Shown here: one piece after another, positions 58,757-64,000 of the stretch
Layout: the number at the start of each line of letters is the position of its first letter
Numbering within the stretch: the first letter of the stretch is position 1
Origin: an uncultured Cytophagia bacterium
Lineage (GTDB): Bacteria; Zhuqueibacterota; Zhuqueibacteria; Residuimicrobiales; Krinioviventaceae
Reading direction: 5' to 3'
NCBI GenBank assembly: GCA_964607755.1
Contig: CAZSMC010000019.1
Location: 170-64,169 of the forward strand
DNA: 64,000 nt
Translations under genes and position numbers: made by a program
Notes under the pieces: generated by a model
Told to the model about the DNA's origin: nothing
The model's input: the letters and a program-made list of their open reading frames with translations, nothing else
Databases searched by the model: none

Positions 58757-59926
58757 TTAAAAGAACGCGACATTTCCGACGTGCAAATCACAACAACGCG
58801 CACAGATTGGCAATAATTTGTGTTCCTTCAAATGCCGCCGGAAATTTCGGTATCGTTCACCATTCCAAATGTCAGCAAACCGTTCTTCGCGGACATTTCC
58901 GGCAATATAATCCGGAAAATCAGGACATGGTGTCACATCACCATTCGGCATCAGATAGGTTTTGAAATAGATAGTGTAGCATGTTTTTGCACCAAAGGTT
59001 TCATCAAGATCGTAATAATATTTTTCCAGTCCTTCATCGTAAATACCGGGTGAAACCGTGATGGGAAAATCCGCATTATTGTTTTTTAATTTGATCAACT
59101 CTTTGCGGAGCTCATCGAGCGCCAGGCCGTTTGGTTCATAAACAAAACCTTTCCATGACGTGGCTTTAGTGCCGAGACACTTTTGCATCACCTTTTCATA
59201 CAACTGTCCTTTTTCATTGGACGTGAACCAAAAGTGATTAAAACTGAGAGTATCTCCTTCCAAATCCCTGGTAATATTGATGAGATCGTGCAAGTGATCG
59301 TAATAGTCCGGATTAATTACACCCCGGATTCGAATGACCGGATGGCGCTTTTTCTGCTGTTTTTTAAGCTCCTGAACTTTTTGTATGCCCGCTTTTATTT
59401 GCTGATAAAGTCCGGGCACACCGCGGATCTCATCATGAACTTTTTCCGGGCCGTCGATTGAGATAATTAAATCATCCATGCCCAGGCTAACAATTTGTTC
59501 TGCGCTGCGTTGCAGAAACTGGGCATTCGTGTTCATCTGTACTGTAAGGCCGCGGCTTTTGGCGTGTTCAACAATATCCCAAATCCCTTTATAAATGAGC
59601 GGTTCTCCGCCCCAGAGATAAAAATTGGGTTTATAGCCTGCCACCTGGTCGATGAGGTCTTTCCATTGATCTGTATTCAAATGATCGCGAAAGAAACTGT
59701 CCGGTATGCCTTTATCTCCGACTTTGGGCTGGCCGCACATTTTGCAATTGCAGTTACACAGATTTGTCAACCGGGCGGCAATGACATTTGGCGGCGAAGC
59801 ATATCCATCTCGAAAATTATAGTTCCATTTAGCCAGGTTCTCATCAAGCAATGTCACTTTGGCTTTATGCCAGGCTAATCGCGGATTCTTGAGTGCTAAT
59901 TTTATCTTTTTTTGAAAAACTGACAT
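58757..59926 (-). CDS. Radical SAM protein with SPASM/twitch C-terminal domain
   Basis: CNCNCKMC (CxxxCxxC), WGGEPL, ISIDG...HD.IRG; C-terminal C...NGDVTPC...GNV...IWNG...CARCC. Confidence 0.93.
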   Translation of the reverse strand: MSVFQKKIKLALKNPRLAWHKAKVTLLDENLAKWNYNFRDGYASPPNVIAARLTNLCNCNCKMCGQPKVGDKGIPDSFFRDHLNTDQWKDLIDQVAGYKPNFYLWGGEPLIYKGIWDIVEHAKSRGLTVQMNTNAQFLQRSAEQIVSLGMDDLIISIDGPEKVHDEIRGVPGLYQQIKAGIQKVQELKKQQKKRHPVIRIRGVINPDYYDHLHDLINITRDLEGDTLSFNHFWFTSNEKGQLYEKVMQKCLGTKATSWKGFVYEPNGLALDELRKELIKLKNNNADFPITVSPGIYDEGLEKYYYDLDETFGAKTCYTIYFKTYLMPNGDVTPCPDFPDYIAGNVREERFADIWNGERYRNFRRHLKEHKLLPICARCCDLHVGNVAFF

Positions 59927-59938
59927 AATTCGTCCGTG

Positions 59939-61690
59939 TTATTTTTTACCTTTACCATTTTTCAACCGGACAATATAATTGCCGATTGCGAGTTCGTGCA
60001 CACAGCCCCATATCAAATGCTCGATCGCCTCAAAAGGCCGGTGGACAATAGGAAGGCCGTGTTTGTTAAAACTTGTGTTGAGAATCACCGGTACCCCGGT
60101 TTTCTCATAAAAGTGATGAATCATTTCATAATATTTTTTATTATCTGGCCGCACACTATGAACCCGGGCGGTGTTATCCACGTGAATGGCGGAAGCGACA
60201 TCTCCTTCTTTGCCTTTAACCACATCAAACGCCAGGGTCATGAACGGTGTGGAACAAAAATTTTCAAAGTGAGAATGTCCCTTGTCCTCCAGACAGCTCG
60301 GTGCAAAGGGCATGAACCAGTCGCGGTTTTTCATCTGACTGTTAATCACGTCACGTGTTTTTGGATCGCGGGGATCAGCCAGCACGCTTCGCCGGCCCAA
60401 TGCTCTGGGACCCCATTCTTCCCGGCCCTGAAACCAGCCGACAACTTTACCTTCAGTTAATGCATTGGCAACATATTTCGGCAGCTTGCCGTCAAGGCGT
60501 TCCCATTCGATTTTATCCTGGAATCTTTGCAGATCCTGCTCGATTTCTTCATCCTTGTATTCCCTACCCAGGTCAGAATCCGTCAGCTTTATAACCGCAG
60601 GTTCATTGGTTTTTTCGTGATAAAGTTGAAGCGCAGCGCCAATGGCTGTCCCTCCATCACTGGCATGAGGGTGAATAAAAATCTCATCTACAAATGGCAA
60701 TTCACGGATAAGTTTGTTTACCTTGACGTTAAGAAAAGTTCCACCGGCAAGAGCAATGTTGCTGAACTCGTATTTTTCGCGAAGCGCTTTTATGTAGCCA
60801 AGGATCCGCTCTTCTAACAGCCGTTGTGCTGCCGCCGCAACGTGCTCTTTGCCGTGCAGGTCGATCAAGTTCATAATCCGCCGGCCGGACTTTGTATTTA
60901 TCAGCACTGTATCTCTCGGCACCATGATATAATCTACCCAGTACGGATAGCCAAGCCATTCTCCGTCATTATATTGAAAGACCATGTCTTTGATATCATC
61001 ATAGCACACCTCGGGATCGCCGTATGCTGCCAGCCCCATGGTTTTGCCTTCGCCATCCATGTAGCGCAAACCCAAACAAACTGTAAAAGCAGAATACCAT
61101 AATGCTGTGGCAAAAAGAGGAATTTCCTCCAACAATTCCAAAACGCCGTTTTCACTCTTGTATACCTGACCGGCAATATTTTTGCCTTCACCATTCGGAC
61201 CGAAACCGTCCATGCTGATTGTCAGGCATTTTTCAAATCCGGAGCACCGGTAGGCGCTTGAAGCGTGTGACAAATGATGATCGATGAAAATAATTTTTTC
61301 ATCTGGAACACCCATTTTTTGCAACCCGTTTTTAAAGGCTGCTGGTTTGTACATTTTTTTAAAATTTGGGGCCAGATACTTGAGCATCCCGGAAAAATTG
61401 TGCCCCATCAAACCAATTAGTGAGCGCGGCAAATCCCAAAACTTGCGGCAGAACAGATCAGTGTAGAAAGACGACGGCGGATAGCCAACGGCAAAATAGT
61501 CAACATCATTGATAGATATATTTCGGAATTCAAGGGCATTTTCCAACGATTTTTGAGGAAAGTTCATATCGTATTTTATACGCGAGAACCGTTCTTCTGA
61601 AGCACCAAACAGTACTTTGCCATCCTCAATCAAAGCAACACTGCTATTATGATGGGCTCCAGCAACATCATTCAAACCTATAATGATCAT
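59939..61690 (-). CDS. O-carbamoyltransferase (NodU/CmcH/TobZ family)
   Basis: EERFSRIK, HHLSHASSAY, GKTMGLAAYG, LAGG..LNV..N, D.G.AIGA, WGPRALGRRS.LADP, PFAP, HVD..AR and NTSFN motifs. Confidence 0.95.
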   Translation of the reverse strand: MIIIGLNDVAGAHHNSSVALIEDGKVLFGASEERFSRIKYDMNFPQKSLENALEFRNISINDVDYFAVGYPPSSFYTDLFCRKFWDLPRSLIGLMGHNFSGMLKYLAPNFKKMYKPAAFKNGLQKMGVPDEKIIFIDHHLSHASSAYRCSGFEKCLTISMDGFGPNGEGKNIAGQVYKSENGVLELLEEIPLFATALWYSAFTVCLGLRYMDGEGKTMGLAAYGDPEVCYDDIKDMVFQYNDGEWLGYPYWVDYIMVPRDTVLINTKSGRRIMNLIDLHGKEHVAAAAQRLLEERILGYIKALREKYEFSNIALAGGTFLNVKVNKLIRELPFVDEIFIHPHASDGGTAIGAALQLYHEKTNEPAVIKLTDSDLGREYKDEEIEQDLQRFQDKIEWERLDGKLPKYVANALTEGKVVGWFQGREEWGPRALGRRSVLADPRDPKTRDVINSQMKNRDWFMPFAPSCLEDKGHSHFENFCSTPFMTLAFDVVKGKEGDVASAIHVDNTARVHSVRPDNKKYYEMIHHFYEKTGVPVILNTSFNKHGLPIVHRPFEAIEHLIWGCVHELAIGNYIVRLKNGKGKK

Positions 61691-61731
61691 TAGCCAAACT
61701 CCAATACTTTTTTTTCTTTTTCGTTCTTATT

Positions 61732-62880
61732 TCATTTCTCAGTTCTATTATCAGCGGACAGGCCGATCATACTGAGAAAAAATGATGAAAAGATAATCTG
61801 CACACCTAAAATGATTAATGTTGAAGCAAACAGTGCAAGGCGAACCTGATCGAGCGCGCCAAAATCTTTGACAATCCATTTCACAAGAATAAAAAGGTCC
61901 ATCACAAATCCAGTCAAAAATACCAATGCGCCTGCGAGAATGCCGCGCTCAAGATTAAAATATTTGAACGCTTTTTGCAAAGGCTTGTCAGCCGGTATAA
62001 ATCGATGGACAAGTGCATAAACCCGGGCAAACATGCCGGTGCTTGTGATTTGCAATCCAAGAATAGCGCACAAGCTGCCTAAAACCATGACATGAATGTC
62101 GATCATTCTGCCCGCAATATAAAAAGGTCCTGGTAATAGTAACACCAAAGCCAGCATTCCGAAGAAAAAAAGTGTCAGGCCTGGCCATAAGTATAGATAC
62201 GTCGGACTGTGCATCAACATAAACCGTAGATGGCGCCAGCCGTCACGGAACGAACGTAAATGTGGCGGACGGCTGCGACCGTCTTTGTGCAGGGTAATGG
62301 GGATTTCTGTCATTTTCAAATTTGTCAGCGCTGACTTTATGACGATTTCTGAGGCGAATTCCATTCCGCTCGTTTTCAGTTCCATTTTATGAAACGCGTC
62401 TTTGGTAAAAGCGCGCATACCGCAATGTGCATCCGAAATGCCGGAATTGAAAAAGATATTTAAAATACCGGTTAGCAACGGATTGCCGATATAACGATGG
62501 AGCCAGGGCATGGCATTTTTTTCAATATTGCCTTTCATTCGCGTGCCCATAACCACATCGTAGCCTTCATTTAACTTTTCCAGGAACCGGTTTATTTCCC
62601 GAAAATCATAAGATTCGTCCGAATCACCAATAATGATGTACTTTCCCCTGGCAGCGGCAATGCCAGTCCGGTAAGCGTTACCATAACCTCGCGCAGCTTC
62701 GTGCACCACCCGTGCGCCTTTTGATTCTGCAATCTCGACGGAATTGTCTGTTGAGCCATTGTCCGCAACTACAATCTCACCGTCGATGTTGTGTTTTTGC
62801 AGGGTTTCCTTTGCCTGATCGATGCATATACCAATAGTTTCGCTTTCATTCAAGCACGGCATGACAACAGAGACCATCAC
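61732..62880 (-). CDS. Glycosyltransferase family 2, polyprenol-phosphate sugar synthase-like
   Basis: SVVMPCLNE, VADNGSTD, GYGNA, IIGDSD.SYD, DAHCGMRAF, MEFASE, LRSFRDGWRHL; C-terminal TMs. Confidence 0.92.
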   Translation of the reverse strand: MMVSVVMPCLNESETIGICIDQAKETLQKHNIDGEIVVADNGSTDNSVEIAESKGARVVHEAARGYGNAYRTGIAAARGKYIIIGDSDESYDFREINRFLEKLNEGYDVVMGTRMKGNIEKNAMPWLHRYIGNPLLTGILNIFFNSGISDAHCGMRAFTKDAFHKMELKTSGMEFASEIVIKSALTNLKMTEIPITLHKDGRSRPPHLRSFRDGWRHLRFMLMHSPTYLYLWPGLTLFFFGMLALVLLLPGPFYIAGRMIDIHVMVLGSLCAILGLQITSTGMFARVYALVHRFIPADKPLQKAFKYFNLERGILAGALVFLTGFVMDLFILVKWIVKDFGALDQVRLALFASTLIILGVQIIFSSFFLSMIGLSADNRTEK

Positions 62881-62943
62881 GATAGACTATACTCCTTTAT
62901 AAATTCAAAATTGCGCAAATAAAACGCTTTTACTTTTGTACTA

Positions 62944-64000
62944 TTAATATCCGGTTCCTTTGACCACAGCCGGCAAGGTTTTGGCCATTATTTTAAAATC
63001 AAGCCGGATTGACCAGTTGTCAATATATTCCAGATCCAGTTTCATCCAGTCTGTAAAGGGCATATTATTACGCTCACCAATCTGCCACAAACACGTCAAC
63101 CCTGGCCTCATACTGAATCGTCTTTTCTGCCAGGTTTCGATAATGCCGTTCACATCCCGGACCGGCAAAGGACGCGGGCCCACCAAACTCATATCGCCCT
63201 TGAGCACGTTGATAAGCTGCGGCAATTCATCCAGACTGGTTTTGCGCAGCCATTTGCCAATCGCGGTAATCCTGGGATCATTGTAGATTTTAAAAGCTGG
63301 CCCATCGGCCTGATTCAAATGCTCAAGGTCTTTTATTAAACCTTCAGCGCCTTTGACCATGGTTCGAAATTTTAACATATTGAACGAGCGGCGATGAAAA
63401 CCAATGCGCTCCTGGCGGAAAAAGACCGGCCCCTTTGAGGTAACTTTGATGAGAAAAGAAATAATCAGTAACAGCGGTGACAGGATCAAAAGCGCAAAAG
63501 CTGAAATGGCAACATCGATGAGCCGCTTTAACCATAAATATTCGAGTTGATATTTTGATCCGGAATAGACAGTGAGTATATTTTCACCGTCCAGTTCGAA
63601 AGAAGAAGTCCGGGCTGTCTTGATCTCAAACCAATTGGACGGCATTCGGCAAATAATGCCGATTTCCTGGCAATAAGTAATCACTTTTTTGATTTCCTGG
63701 TATCGGCTCTCAAATGGTAAGACAATAAAAACTTCATCCACAATGTGGGTGCTGAGGTAGTTTGGCAGCTCGTCAATTGTGCAGACAGTGTTTGCTTTGG
63801 GTTGCTTGTCCGGGTTTTCCGGCGCTTTGTTGTCAATGAATCCCATCAGTTTGTAACCGAGTTCTTTCCGGCTCATAATGCGCTGCGCCAAATCGATTGC
63901 ATTTCGGTTTGCACCCACAAAAACCACATGTCGCAAGTTTCGTCCGCTTTGTCGCAACCAGACAAGATATCGCCGGACTAGCAAGCGTTCAAAGATAGTA
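62944..64000 (-). CDS. Priming sugar transferase (polyprenyl-phosphate hexose-1-phosphate transferase), 5'-truncated by the window edge
   Basis: KRLID, GPVFF.Q.RIG, KFRTM, DPRIT.IG.WLRKTSLDELPQL.NVL.GDMSLVGPRP, PG.T.LWQ and DLEYI..W motifs; frame stays open to 64000. Confidence 0.95.
   Translation of the reverse strand, partial: TIFERLLVRRYLVWLRQSGRNLRHVVFVGANRNAIDLAQRIMSRKELGYKLMGFIDNKAPENPDKQPKANTVCTIDELPNYLSTHIVDEVFIVLPFESRYQEIKKVITYCQEIGIICRMPSNWFEIKTARTSSFELDGENILTVYSGSKYQLEYLWLKRLIDVAISAFALLILSPLLLIISFLIKVTSKGPVFFRQERIGFHRRSFNMLKFRTMVKGAEGLIKDLEHLNQADGPAFKIYNDPRITAIGKWLRKTSLDELPQLINVLKGDMSLVGPRPLPVRDVNGIIETWQKRRFSMRPGLTCLWQIGERNNMPFTDWMKLDLEYIDNWSIRLDFKIMAKTLPAVVKGTGY

Noticed and set aside
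58757-59926. Radical SAM as an anaerobic sulfatase maturase for the nearby sulfatase
   Set aside because: The sulfatase-like protein has no C/SxPxR target, and the rSAM has fewer C-terminal cysteines than anSME enzymes.
1-64000. tRNA, rRNA, riboswitches, stop-codon reassignment
   Set aside because: No T-loop/cloverleaf, rRNA or known riboswitch consensus recognised by eye; long genes end normally at TAA, TAG or TGA. An Infernal/tRNAscan run would be needed to exclude them formally.

Overview
A 64-kb bacterial chromosomal window, standard genetic code, densely coding. SprA, a T9SS-type C-terminal sorting domain and a Bacteroidota-like ClpC suggest an FCB-superphylum-affiliated organism such as a KSB1/Calditrichota-like lineage (inference only). 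Left to right: (1) a SusC/D-less amino-sugar/glycoside utilisation locus (HGSNAT/NagX-like acetyltransferase, GH20, GH97, ROK regulator, divergent tandem-CBM9 T9SS cargo, DUF4380 lipoprotein) whose intergenic spaces carry several palindromic repeats; (2) an ECF sigma/ZAS anti-sigma/secreted coiled-coil triad; (3) pdxS-pdxT, an MBL-fold nuclease and a JAB-domain-fused DinG helicase; (4) sprA, an M28 peptidase and prmA; (5) lptF-like, ccsA/hemX-like and an eroded hemA-like relic, then corA; (6) an AT-rich GT9/COG2426/sulfotransferase operon; (7) housekeeping prfB (programmed +1 frameshift)-lysS-lolC/E-lolD and clpC; (8) the distal ~19 kb of a Wzx/Wzy-type surface polysaccharide cluster with a carbamoyltransferase, radical SAM/SPASM enzyme, GT-C, a Thr-type sulfatase-like enzyme and a large secreted protein ending in an orphan FN3-like strand. 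Best non-obvious signals: a two-copy ~159-bp MITE-like element (imperfect 15-bp TIRs, a perfect 16-bp internal inverted repeat, an 8-bp target duplication on one copy), a covarying REP family with a REPIN-like doublet, the hemA relic, the JAB-DinG/MBL nuclease pair, and the orphan C-terminal strand. No rRNA, tRNA or CRISPR array was seen. All family calls come from motifs read by eye; no database search was run.
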